Shown: piece after piece, positions 1 to 13,551 of the stretch
Position numbering within the stretch: position 1 is the first letter of the stretch
Layout: each line of letters starts with the position of its first letter
Assembly: GCA_012295275.1 (NCBI GenBank)
Contig: CM022672.1
Coordinates: 10,974,001-11,038,000 of the forward strand
Length of the DNA stretch: 64,000 bases
Source: Chrysomallon squamiferum
Lineage: Eukaryota > Animalia > Mollusca
Direction: 5' to 3'
Notes under the pieces: generated by a model
Told to the model about the DNA's origin: nothing
The model's input: the letters and a program-made list of their open reading frames with translations, nothing else
The model's database searches: none
Program-made: the position numbers and the translations under genes

Positions 1-490
1 GTATGTACGATATGTGTTTCTGTCACATTTGAACCAAAATCAGCATTAAGCTCTAACCATTTAGTAATATGTACAATACAAATGCATCTAATTCCAAAAG
101 CTTTTGTAAAGACATCTCTTCTCAGAATATTTTTTTTGAATGAAATTGTAACAAGCCTAATATTCCTTCACTAAATGAATATAAATAATAAAATTAATTA
201 TAATACTAAAAGTAATAATAATAATAACAACAGAAATCACAAAACTAATTAATAATGATCCCATTATAATCACAGTAATAATTAATAACAATGATATCAA
301 AAGTAAAAACAATAACCATAATGATAATGACGAAGATAATTCTAATTAATGATGATAATGATGATGATGATGATGATGATAAAATAATAATAATCAATAA
401 TAATAACAATAAAGAAATAAAAACAGTCATAATGACAATAATAATAAGATGTTGATGATGATGATGATAACAATAATAAATATTACTTAC

Positions 491-1461
491 TTTTGGAATC
501 ACTTGCTGCTGAGATAGGAACAGCCCAGGGAGAATTGCTGAACAGAGAGTAAACTCCAGGCTGTGATGATGCCTGTGACTCTGTTTTGTTTGAACTTTCT
601 GTCTCCCTGAAAAACACAGTGTTTCATTGTCGTTCAGTGTAACATCAAATCCACATAGATTTTTATTTATCATTCACTTAAAATATTATCTGAATTCCTG
701 TTTTCATTAAAGATAATTCAATGTAATCCCTTGAATCCGATAGAATTAAAATGATTAACTTTTTCCTTCTATCCAAATGTCAGTCTGTTCATATATTAAA
801 TTTTAATATTACATTTTAAATTCTGTATGTATAGAATATGGAATTTAATAGTAAAATGAATCAGTAAAAAGAAGCATAAATATTCAATTATTCTAAAAAA
901 AATAAAAAAATAAAAATTTTGGATGCATTATCCACAATTGTGCTATATTTTCTTACCTTCTTTCTGGATAATAGCCACCAGGCTTAGGGGTTCCCTGGAA
1001 CAGAAGCAAATTATTTGACATTTTAATATTTAAAAATTGAGTTTTAAGAATCCCTGTACAAAGATTTAGATAATAGATACTTAAAGTAATTACAATAATT
1101 AATAATAATAATGATGATGATGATGATGATGATAAATAAAAATTAAAAAAAATATATCATATTCATAATTAAGGCATAAACATTTATTGTATGTACATTA
1201 ATCATTTAACAGTCTTAATTTATTTTTTACTACAAAACAACAACAAAAGTAATAATAATAATAACAGGATAAAATGTTGTAAATATTTTTTTTAAATTAT
1301 ACATACTTCAGCATGTCCTTGAAAAGAGGAGTTCAGACGCTGTTCTTGAAATGATGGTCTTGGAGGCTGCAGACAGAAATATAATCCATCAGTACTGTTA
1401 GTGCACATATACACTTATAAATAAAAATCTAAACTCCAATAAAAAAATAATAGATTAAAAA

Positions 1462-1501
<40 letters not shown>

Positions 1502-4500
1502 TCTTTGGTAGAAGGAAAAAGTTAGAGAATATCTTGCATTACTGAAGACAATTCAAACTTATAAATAAATTTGAACACCTTTTTTTTTTTTTTTTTTTTT
1601 TTTTAGATAAAACAAAGAATTGAAAACAGTAAAACAGAAAAAAATGAAAACTGCTCTTCACCTGTATTGCCAGTGGGCTGAATCCCAAAAACATATTTAG
1701 ATGTGACTGGCTGTCAGTGCTTGATGGAGGCGGGGTCTGTTTGAAAGAGGGTGGAGCCATCGGACTGCCTTGATTGGACATTCCTCCAAATCCTGCTGAA
1801 CCACCAAGAACTGGGATTCCTGTTTTCAGAGCAGACATCTGATTTGGCTGTTTGTCTTTTGGTGATGTCTGTGCACGTTCGGTTCCAGGGGCCTGCTGGA
1901 AATGAGGATGATGCAGAGGTGGAGGTTGTTGTTTTATCTGGGAGCTGAGACCTTGCTGTTGTTGTTGACTGGATTTTACAAACTGCTGCTGCTGAGCATT
2001 CAGCTGATTGGTCAGTGCCATGGCTGCCATGACCTGACTGGGTGACAGACTGTTTAGAGGCAGCGTTGGTGGAGGCTGTCTCATCATAGCTGCTCTCATT
2101 TGCTGCTGGGCAGCTGATGTCATCTGTCCAGTTTGACTGTCTGGAGATGTCACCTGTGAACCAAGCAATGGGCCTGGTATTGAAGAGGATATTTGGAAAG
2201 GATCGCTCTGTGAGAAAACAGGTGGCTGAATCATGAACGATGGGCACTGGGGCAAGCTTTGAGGAGATATTCCATGACCCATACTTCCACTGGGAGAGGT
2301 TCGTGCTGGGTTTGACTGATTAGCTGGAGAAAGTCTTGGACCTTTATTGCTGGGGGCCACCCCATGACTTTGACCTCCAGGAGTCATTCGGGGTGGCAGC
2401 TGAGCTTGGCTGGAATTCTGGCCAGGATACACCATGTGTTGCTGTGGTGTGGGGCCATTAGCTTGAGGTGGAGCAATGTAACCTGAAAATGGAGGTGGTG
2501 GTTGCTGAATAGCGGATCCATTGAATCTCATCTGCGATGATGCAATGGCAGAGGTCTTGGGATGTTTCAGTTTCATGAACTGTGGTTCGTTTGTAGGAAT
2601 ACCTAGAAAATACTTGGGAGAAGTCTGGCTGGTTATCTGCGACTGTGGAATATTTCTGTCTATGCCAAACAGAGAAGGATTATCCTGAAAACAGTAACAA
2701 TATAATTAAAACATACCAATGTGATTAATACATTTACTTGCAATCATGCTGTAAATCTTTGGCACTAAATATATATCAGGTGTGCAAAAATTCTGTTTTT
2801 ATATATTTACACACATCACCCCATTACCTAAGAGAAAAAATAAAAGATTTCAAGAATTTTATAAAAATGTATTAATTATAATTCAACATTGATTTTTTTA
2901 TGCTATTTTAATAAAGAAATTTACTATTAATTTTTATTTTCAGGCTCGAACTTGTTACATTTTAATGCCACATGATCAAACACGTATTCTCAAAAATTTA
3001 ATTACATATAAATCTGTATGAATAATATGACATATTGCTCCAGCTGAAGTTAAAACTTACCATGATTTTAACAGGATTTCCTATTTCACTATTGGCAGCA
3101 TCCTTCTGTTCCTGTTTTAGTATAATAGCCTAAAGATAAAAAAAAAAAAAAAACATTATATGTGTCTGTGTGCATGTGTTTGTATGTGTATATTAATATA
3201 TATATCTGAAAATTAATTTTGATCAAAGGAAATAAGGAAAAATTTACATAAATATTTACTAATGGCAGCCATACAAAAAGACTGATACATTTTTACATCT
3301 TTGCCAAAAAAAATATAAGTAAGATTTATTCCATGGATGGTTGATCTATTAACTACTTCACAGTTCATTAATAGTTAAAATATAAACAATGACTCCAAAA
3401 CACAGCTTAATGACAAGAAATGAAAAATAATGGCATCATCAAAGGTATTTTAAAAAATGTCAAATATAATCACCTGCATTGCAACATTTTGTCTTCCAAA
3501 CTTCTTTTCTGGAGTAACGGTATCTGCTAGGACAAAAGAGATGATAAACTGAGAATAAGGATATTTGTTTTTTTCCTTTTATTTTCTCAATTTTACCTTT
3601 GCATCATACCATTTATTATTAATTATTTTGTATTTTAAGATCAAATAAAAACATTTTAAACAAATTTCAGGATTTTATTTTTATTACATATAACAAGTTT
3701 AAACTCAGATAATCTTATAACATGAAACAGTTTGTTTTTTCAAACATTGTGAATGAAAAAACCATTAACCCAATTATAAAAATAAATGATTATTTCAAAA
3801 CATATATTATTTTTTGTGTGTTATGTTTCAATTATTTGAGACCTGACTCTCATTCCAAAAACCTCTCTTGAATATAATATAAAAAAAAAATTAAAAAAAA
3901 GAAAGAGGAAGAGAATTTTTATTATGTGTAAATAAGAAAAACCTTTGTTCTGAATTCCAGGAGCAGTGAACTGAAGGTTTCCAGATTTCAGTGTTGTACA
4001 TGAGAACAGATTGGAGCTGAAACATGAAAATATATAATGAAATTTTTACAAAACTCTGATCAGTGAAGAAATGAATAAACATTTTATATTTGATTTATAA
4101 TCGTTAATAAGTGACAAACAAATTTAGTTTTAAGAGATGAAAAAAACAGCAATTCTATTATATAATAGGAAAGAATTTTACGTTTATCCTTCCTATAGAC
4201 AGAACAATACACTGATAAGCTGAGAAATTAATGCAATATTGGTTAATTTTCAATTAACCCTCTTGGTGCCAAATTTTAGGATTAAAACATATTTCCCAGC
4301 ACCAAGTATTTTTATTAAAATGACCTCAGTGAAATATTAGAGCTGAACTTATACTAGTTTGTTGTATCAAGAAATCTTGCCAATAGTTCTTTTCTAGCAT
4401 GATGAGATATCTCACCAAAGTTGTCGTTTAGCAGTTTTATATAACTTTTTTTTTTTACCAAATACATTAAGAGTGCTTCAAATATAGTAATTACAGTGTT

Positions 4501-7500
4501 AAAGAGAATTAATATTTTAATTTTCAGCACCTGGAAAATTCCATGGCCAACCATTTTCCATGTTCAATAAGACGCTGATACCTGAGATGAACTTCGACTG
4601 AAGGTGGCAAGTTGTCCACTGAGACACGACTGAAGCTGTAATTACTGATAATGAAAACAGAAATATGCAGATATTAAATTATGAGTTTTAGGTGAGTTTG
4701 GTGTTTCTAGTTTAGTAATTGTACTAAAAATCCTATATTTATCTGTGGGATATTTCTGTCTACCCCAAACAGAGGAGGATTCTCAGCAACTTTAAATTCA
4801 AATTTAAAAAACAACAACAAAAACTCCATCTGCTTGCATATTATTTCACTTAAAATTAAAAAGCTAAATTTTTAATAACAGTAGAAGCAGATAAACAATG
4901 ATTTTAAAATATAAGGTGTGATTATGATTTTATCATTTATTACCAGTGTGCTTTTTCAATTGGTTGAAAACATCTGACTTCACAGTCCTCAGGAAGGGGT
5001 GCATCTTCGTCTGAAAACAAAGAAAATGAAGAATTAATTTAAAATGTAGTTCATTCAAAAACAAACTTGTTTTGAGATAATTTATCATTAACACACAATA
5101 AAATTCAGATCTGTATTGAAACAATTTATCATCAACAACACATTATTAAAATTCAGATTTGTATCAAAATAATCTATCATTAATAACACACTATGACACT
5201 TGTTTAGTATTTTAAAAATAATCTACAGCACCTGAAATATGACTAAATGTTTATTCTGAAAGGTTTATGTGGCAAATGATGGTGAAGACATAAAAATAAA
5301 TAAATAAATAAGTAAACAAACAAACAAACAAACAAACAAGTAAATAAATAATTTATTTACATTTGACAGAATCTGGAGTGTTTTCCTTGTTGGATAAAGT
5401 CTGCAGGTTATTGAGCAGCTTGGCAAGACTAGTCCAGAATCTGAAATACACACACAAAACATGCTATAAACTACTATCTACTGAAACAACAACAGAAATA
5501 TTATAAATCATTTTTTTTTTCCAATTCTCAAAATTTAAATCTGGCACACTAAAAATCAATTAAATTACATTTAATTTAAAATTAAATCATACTGCCACAA
5601 TCTGATATTCCTGAAGGAAACATATTGTTGAATAAATGCTTAACAAAAACATAGTCTGTATAGTATGTGCCTATATATATGTAGATATATGTGAATATAT
5701 ATATATATAAGTAGGTGTGTGTGCATCATGGAACACTACTTTTATGTTCATACGTACCCTGAATTCATAAGGACTTGTCTGTCAATGCAGTCTTTGTTAA
5801 GATGTAGCCAGTCAAAGATGATTTTTATTGCTGGCAGAGTGAAGAATTCTCGAGCTTTGGGTTCCTGTTTTGGAGTGTTCTGTAGCAGTATGTCCAACAC
5901 ACAAACTGAATTATTGAAAATGCAAAATTGAGAACAAAGCTTAAAATAAAGTGTATTTTAAAATGTTAAAGAAAACTGATAATTTGTTTGTTTTTTATTC
6001 TATAATTAGAATGATAAATTAATCAAAGCCAAGATTTTCATTCATAAAATTATATTCAGATAAAACTAGGGAATTTCGAAAACTTTATGAACTCTGTATT
6101 TCATTTATGAATTTCATATTCTCAATAATCTTTTTATTTGAAAGTTTTATTTTAGAATGCATCAAATGCAATATTAATTTCACAAATTAATTTAAACTGA
6201 CTATCTTAATATCATCATTAAATTCATTTTTGTCCCAAACAAAAAAATAAAAATTAAAATTGCAAAATAAAAATTTCAATAATATAGAAAATAAATCAGA
6301 GATAAAACTATATAAATATCATCATAAATGTTATCATTCAAATAAAAAAAGTTAAAAGTATGTAAAACATTTACATCTCATTAAATGAAGAAAAAAAACA
6401 GAAAAGTTGAATTTCTTCAAAATATTTCATTTCTATGTTATTACTCACTCATGAAGGAAAACATCAAATGGAAACATCTCTGCTCATCTTTGCTGACTGA
6501 CTGCTGGTTGGACGAAGGACCGACACTGAGCTCTTTCTGTACGTGGTGCAGAGAAAATATCGTAATGGCAACAAACTGTATGAGAACAGTGCTGGTAAAA
6601 CTCTGAGATGTCACGTGGGACGGCAAGCTACTCAACAATTTCTCTTTAAGTGAGGCAGCCTTGTTAAGATCTGGGTTGAAAAACATAAAAGAATCTTTTA
6701 AGAAAAACCTTTAACATACTCTAGGTAGAAGTAATAGTTACATGAAATGTCACATGGAATGGCTAACTACTCAATATTTTCTGTTTATACAAGGCAGCTT
6801 TATTAACAAAAGCCCATAACACACTCTACGATGAGCTAATAGCTGTATGTACAAGTAATCCCCTGAAAAAGCCAAAACCATTAGTTACAGTTAACAAGTA
6901 TTTCTGCACTTCTGATGTATTATTTTAAAGGTAATTGATCAGAATACTATCTGAACTGGTATGATCAAGTTCTCTACAAGATTTGGTCAATACTGATATA
7001 ACATGGCTGCTCTCATAATTACTAATATTAAAAGAAATAGACAATTTGTTCATTCATTAATTCATTTTTTTTTTAAACAACAGTAACTTCTAGGCAAGTA
7101 TAATATCAGATATCCAAAGAATATTAATAATATATTTATTAGAATATTATAGTTTATCAAATATTTGTATATTATATATACCTGAAGAAAGATGTACTAG
7201 GGCATTGAACTGCAGGAAAGCATTGATCACTTCACTCATAGAAAATTTGTCTTTCAGCTCTCCACTGAAACAAAAGTGATTGCAAAATATAATTACACTT
7301 CTCAAGTGCGGCAGTAAATGGTAAAAAAAAAAAAAAAATTAAACATCAGGTTGAAATCTGCGGGCTTTTGACAAGATACTACAGTGAACTTTTGGGTTTG
7401 AAGCATATAACATGTGATGCCTACATAATGAGTTTATATTGATAGAATTTTATTTTTTCATTTTGATTCTCAGTTTTACTTTATTTAATTTAAACACATT

Positions 7501-10500
7501 AGCTGATGTTAAAAAATTAAAACAACAAAAAAAATAATGCTAATAATCATTCATAATTTATTGTTTTAAAAATGAATTATAAAAATGAATAATTTCTATA
7601 ATCGTATGTAACTTACAATTATTTCTATACCTTAATTTGATTCATTAAAAAAAAAAAAAAAAAAAACCTCTTCTTTTTAAAATCAATTTTAAAAATAAAT
7701 TATCTCAATAATCATGCGTAAACTTTTAATTATTTCTGTTAATGAATTTGAAATGATGGCTGGGATTTTTTTTCTTACATGTCCTTTGTCAGCTTGGCAT
7801 AGAATTTCTCGAGGTTTGTTGCAGCCACTGGAAAAGGATGTCTGACAGCCAGACTGCGGATGTAGTAGAAAACTGTTGATAACTTGTTCCCTCTTGCGGC
7901 TTCCAAGATAGCAAGCTGATTGTAAGGCTGGCCTAAAAGTTAGAAACATAGTAGCAATGCAATGAAAGTAACAAAAAATAAATAAAGGTATAGCTAATAT
8001 TTTTTATTACCCTCTTACATTAGTCTTTATAAAAATTATTTCAAATATCTAGTAAATCAAAAATATTTATTACATTTTTTAACTAATTTTTATAGAAACA
8101 AAAAAATATAATAATAATAAGAAGTTTATATATATGTTTGTGTGTGCGTTGTAGGGTCATTTGGTAAACATATTTTTTCATGTGCAGAACAAGAAACATG
8201 TAATGTTTTATTTTATTAACTTCTTAACAATATCATTAAAAACAATTTTTTTTTTGTAAATTATGAACCTCAAAAACATGTTATAAAAAATATCTCACCA
8301 TTCTGAGGAACAAGGTTTGCAGCATGTTGGTAATATGTCTGAGCCTGTTCAACCTGCTGACGATATCGAGCTGAAGCAAAAGATATAGTAAAAATCAACA
8401 CAAATTAAAATACAAATAAAATAAATATTTACAAAAGATATATTTATTTTTTCACTTTTAAACAACAGGCTAATGAACAATGAAAACAAAAATGCAATTC
8501 AAAACAACTATGAATTAAGTCTGAATTTGTATTCATTAGTAAATAATTTTTAATTTTTTTTTTTTTGAATGTTTGGAATCACCTGGAGACTAAAAAGCTT
8601 TACATACCTATATCCCCTAGGTGTACAAGACAGTGCTGACAGACATACAGACATGAGCTTTTCTTAGGAGGTGTTATCCGAGTTTTCAATGGACATTTTT
8701 CTAGAAAATAATTAAAAATAAATTCTCAATAAACAAAAAAATCAGTCCAAATTAATCACACTTTAATTCAGTGGCAAATTTAATATCTGTATAAAACATA
8801 CACCAGTTTGGTCTTTGTAATTAATATCCAAGATTTCCTCTATAAAGTAATAAAATTGTTTATACATATTTTAAAAATAAGAGTATATTTGGGATTTTTT
8901 AAACTGCACTGAATAAGGTTTATTAAACATTAAATAATCTACACTCAATTTACAAAATACAACACATAACAATTCAACAGTAATCTGGATATTCATTAAT
9001 CTCTATATTTTAAAAACATCAAATAACAAAAGCAAAAATAAAATTTTAGTAAAAAATGTAAAAAATCAACAAAATATTTACCTTTCATAACACCAAAAAC
9101 TGCTGATTTTCGTCGGAATGGCAAGTCTAACTTGAATGTTGTACATATTTGCTGTAAAAACTGCAAAATATTTTTGAAAGAATTACTAAAATAAAAAATC
9201 ATCAACAATCTCAATTACTGGTTTTTTAATTTTCACTTCTGAAGTGTATGCCAGATGTTTTGCTTTATTACAAATTACAGAGTGTTATTTATTATTAAAA
9301 AAATATTCAGATCTAAATATCTAATTACCTGCAGGTAGAAGCCACTGGCTGTTTCTAGAAACAGATTCAAACTGGCTTGTATTTCTCCTCGTTTGGCATT
9401 CTGAAATTATATTATTTCATTTTTTTTTTTTTTTTTTTTCTAATTTAGCAAAAATATAAAAAAAAAAAAAAAAAAAAAATAAAATAAAAAAAATAAAATA
9501 AAATAAAATAAAATATTAATAATATTTAGCTGCTCTATTTCAATCAGATTACAAAGTGGCTGTTTCAGTACAAAACTAGCCATATTTCAATTACATTATA
9601 TGCAAAGACAGATAATTATTGCATTTCCACATCTTTCTTTAAAAATAAATCCTTCTGTATTTTATATTAATAAAACTGTCATGAAAATTATTCATTACAA
9701 AGAAGGATATAAAATTACTGATTCTGAAATTGTGAGAAAAAAAAAAAATGTCTAATAAATATACAGACCTGTTTGTCTTTGGCCTGAGTTTGCAGTATAT
9801 TAATCTGGTTTTTAAATGCATGGTTCCATCTAATTTAAAAAACAGATTAAATAAAAGTAAGTTTAAAAATTTTATATAGCATTTTGTCTAAAGCATTGTC
9901 AAGAATTATATTACTGAAAGAAACAATATTAGATATTGCAGTTAATTAAATATACTCTAATAGGAACAAAAACAATATCTATTTCAACAGATAAAACAGA
10001 TGTAGAAAAAATTTATTTATTTATTGATATTGCAACAAACAACACAAAACTTTTATTTTATTACTGAAAATGTCAATATTTTAAAAACTGTAAATAAAAC
10101 AATATAAAATTTTAGAAAATTTTTCCCCGAAAGTTTAAATAAGGAAGCTTCATTATTAGTACAATGTAACAGTCACCATTATTTCTGAATAGAAGACTTC
10201 TTATTTCAGAGTAACTGATTCTTGCTCAAATGGTTATGATAAACTGTAGAGATTTGAGTATTTAAGATAATAATAATTAGGAATATTTTCTTTATCATAT
10301 TATATTACATAAGTAACAAATTAACAAATTATTAAAATTACTGAAACATAAAAGCATGTCTACTGGACTCAAATATTTTCAGACTTTGGAACATCTTTCA
10401 GGTAAGTTTATTCAGAATACATTATATTGCAACAATAAACACAGAATGAATTCCAAATGTACTATTACTGTAATATTTTCCCAAGAAAATTATCAAAAGT

Positions 10501-11932
10501 ATATATAAAGCTAGAGAATAATGAGAAAATCATAAAAGATCAACATACAAATCCTGTTCCACTTTCTTGTCAAGTGCATATTCCAAGTCCATCAATAGAA
10601 TTTTCTTGTACAGATCTTCCAACCTCTGCCGAGTTACCCATAGCTCTGATATATTCTTGCCAGAGTCTAAAATTACAAAACGGTTTTATAAAACAGAAAA
10701 TTCCTTATCTTTTAATATCATTATTATTTTATTACTGATTACCTAATTGTTTGAATCATACATTTCAGGTTTAATAACAATGTTAATTAACTGAAGTCTT
10801 CTGCATTAATTTACTTTAAATCTTGTATATTTTATTTTAGGAAATAAAAAGTTTATGAGAAAAAATGTAACATAATGGAACCAGGGCAGCAAAAACAAAC
10901 AGGTAGGCATTGCACTAGGAAAATATATATTTATAAATAATGTATATTGAACCAAAGTGTGAATTATAGCATGGAAACCACAATTTATTTATAAAATATT
11001 GAATTGAGAACAAATAATACCTGATATTGTTGCTTTTAATGAATCTGCTTGTCTGAAATAAATATTTAAAAATTTGAAATTAATAAGTAAAAATAATTTT
11101 ATTGATATAATCATATAAGCAAAAGTTAATTTAAGATTAAAATACTTTAAATATCTGTTAATAAACTGAAACTATTAAACTTGGAGCTTTGAAATGTCTT
11201 AATTTTCTAACTAAAAGTTATAAACAATTAAACAACTACTTTCATCTACAGACTACAGAAAAATAAATAATTCAAAATTTGAATTATATCATTTATTTTT
11301 TCTTCTAAGCTAAAAAAAAATATTAAAAGTTACATTAATATGATAACAATAATGAAAAAAAAGAGAGAAAATGTAAGTGACTAAAAACAAATACATACAC
11401 AAACTTATAACAACATAATCCTGTTCCAAAACAAATATGAATCACGAGCTGATGTTTAATATAACACATTAAATGATTAATAATAATAAAAAATATATAT
11501 CTATTGCTATATTTTGCGTTAATGTTAGCAATAGATCCATAATGTTTAGTTCACTGACGTTACCAAATACTGACAAAATAGCGCTATAATATTTATTTTC
11601 AATTAATTATTTCTTAAAATTCGATGCAATCGAATGTTATCTACTTTCACTTTGGAATTGTTGTATCCATACTATTTCTAATGGCAGGCGTACAATAACG
11701 TAAAGAAATTATTATCAAACTATATAATCATATTCAATTTATGGACTTCTTAATACAATCAGACACTTTAAATTTTCAAATATATATAAATATATTCATA
11801 TTTAACTTTTAATGAAGAAGTCAGGTTTCAGCCTGTCTTTATTTTTTGTTCAACATTTCGCAATTTCCAAAAACATTTACTAACTAGTCGATTAATATTA
11901 TCTTACCTGAGCACTTGTGCAACAGAGGACAT
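491..11932 (-). CDS. SMG7: SMG7 nonsense-mediated decay factor (EST1/14-3-3-like TPR domain plus P/Q-rich low-complexity region); 22 coding exons seen, about 951 aa, 3' end outside the window
   Basis: GT-AG exons with consistent phases: 11907-11932, 11021-11052, 10549-10666, 9769-9829, 9329-9400, 9082-9160, 8608-8700, 8299-8370, 7779-7932, 7182-7264, 6449-6670, 5758-5905, 5361-5440, 4944-5010, 4531-4644, 3943-4016, 3474-3526, 3061-3129, 1662-2684, 1307-1366, 957-994, 491-606. The translation MSSVAQVLRQADSLKA..DLEYALDKKVEQDLWNHAFKNQI..LFLETASGFY..CQHCLVHLGDIARYR..NGQPYNQLAIL..FYYIRSLAVRHPFP..RQNVAMQ..YSLFSNSPW matches SMG7 as I recall it. Confidence 0.96.
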
Positions 11933-12507
11933 GACAAAACAACCGATGTATCTACATTATTAGCAAAGAATCACAACACTGGTATCAGGAATAGTTAATT
12001 AAAACATCAATACATTTTTGACGGCTTAAAATATCGGCCATATGCATTTTATCCAAAAGTAAAACTATTATTCTGTACGAAAACAGACTGAGATCACTAA
12101 TGTAAGATAAAACAAAATAAATCTATTAAACACAGCTATAAGTTGGGGATAAGAATATAACTGAAAACAAATGCAGCTGAATCCTCAAAACTGATTAATA
12201 TAACTCGGAAGATCAATTAAATAGTAGTGATGAAAAATAATAAATTCTACTTTTATATATATCTGTGGGAAATCCTTGTCCCATTTTAGAAGCAGTATAC
12301 ATAGAGAATTACAGGTTTATAAAAGAAGCCAATAACTATATTTTTATTCATTATATATTTAAATAATATAGATAAATTTTAAAGCTATTTTGAAATTTCA
12401 TATCTTCTATATTTAAAAACGATTTAGAATAACATAATGGATTCTCCTTCTTTGTTTCTATTTTTTTCCCTTGATCCAAAAATAGACTGTAAACATTGGA
12501 CAAGAAG
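11933..12507. promoter_or_regulatory. Putative bidirectional promoter and 5'UTRs between SMG7 and the amidohydrolase
   Basis: The divergent start codons are separated by only 575 bp. There is a CGGCCAT (YY1-like) motif near 12035 and a GC box GGGGGCGGAGT at about 12671 in amidohydrolase intron 1. Confidence 0.6.
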
Positions 12508-13516
12508 ATGGATGATTACGTTGATGCACATTTTCGTATGTTATCCTCTTTCTTTAACAGCAGATCATTTTGATATTATTAAGTCAGTTTAACCATGATA
12601 CAAAGATTTTTCTGACGTTATAACATTTAATTATTTATTTGAGTTTATTACCATATCAACAAATGCGAAAGGGGGCGGAGTCTAGAAAATAGAAATGTTT
12701 ATGTTTTAAAAACATGTTTTAAGAATTTAAATAAAACATTGAAAAGTATAGTTCACCAGTCTGACCACACTTTTAATAGATTTGAAATATTTGACCATCA
12801 TCAAAATAATCCATAGTTGAAGATGACATGTCAGCTCATCAAGATTCTAAGAAAGCTCCGTTTTTTGTTTGATCTGTCTGTGCATACACACACACAGTGC
12901 ACACACACAGACACACACACACACACACAGTGTAAATATGACTACTTTATACCTCTAATGTAATAATGCATACTAATCTTTAAAATATTGTAAATGATGA
13001 AAAGAACTGAGAACTGTTGGTAAGAATGCCAGTTCTCACTAAATTAAGAACTCTTGCTAAAACAAGAAGTGAAGTACATGTGTTTTTTTTAAATTTATTA
13101 TTATTATTATTGTTCTTATTATTATTTTTTAAATTTATTTATTATTATTTTTTTTTTTTAGACATATGGAATCTACAAAAGTTTAAATATGCATGGCCTA
13201 GTTCTGACAATGAGACACTTTTCAGAAATTTCAGTCCCAATGATGTTCTGAATGGCATGATGTCAACTCCTGTTAAACATGGTGTCTTTGTACAAGTACT
13301 CAATAACTGTGCAGCTGAGACAAGTATGTAATATAGACTACATCTGTGTCATTTAAATTCCAAATCCTTCCAGTTTAATTTTCAAAGAAGCTACTAATTA
13401 GAACTTAATACTTTACTAATATTAGCTAAGATAAAAAAATTCATTAATTAAAGATGTGTGTTTGTGTATATATGTGTATGTGTATGTATATGTATATGGT
13501 TATATATGTCTGTGCT

Positions 13517-13551
<35 letters not shown>

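Noticed and set aside
245-673. 142-aa ORF with His, Ser and Ile runs
   Set aside because: It is an out-of-frame read of an SMG7 exon plus ATG/ATA triplet microsatellite.
1714-2247. 177-aa alternative-frame ORF overlapping the large SMG7 exon
   Set aside because: It is a shadow frame of GC-richer low-complexity coding sequence with no recognisable motif.
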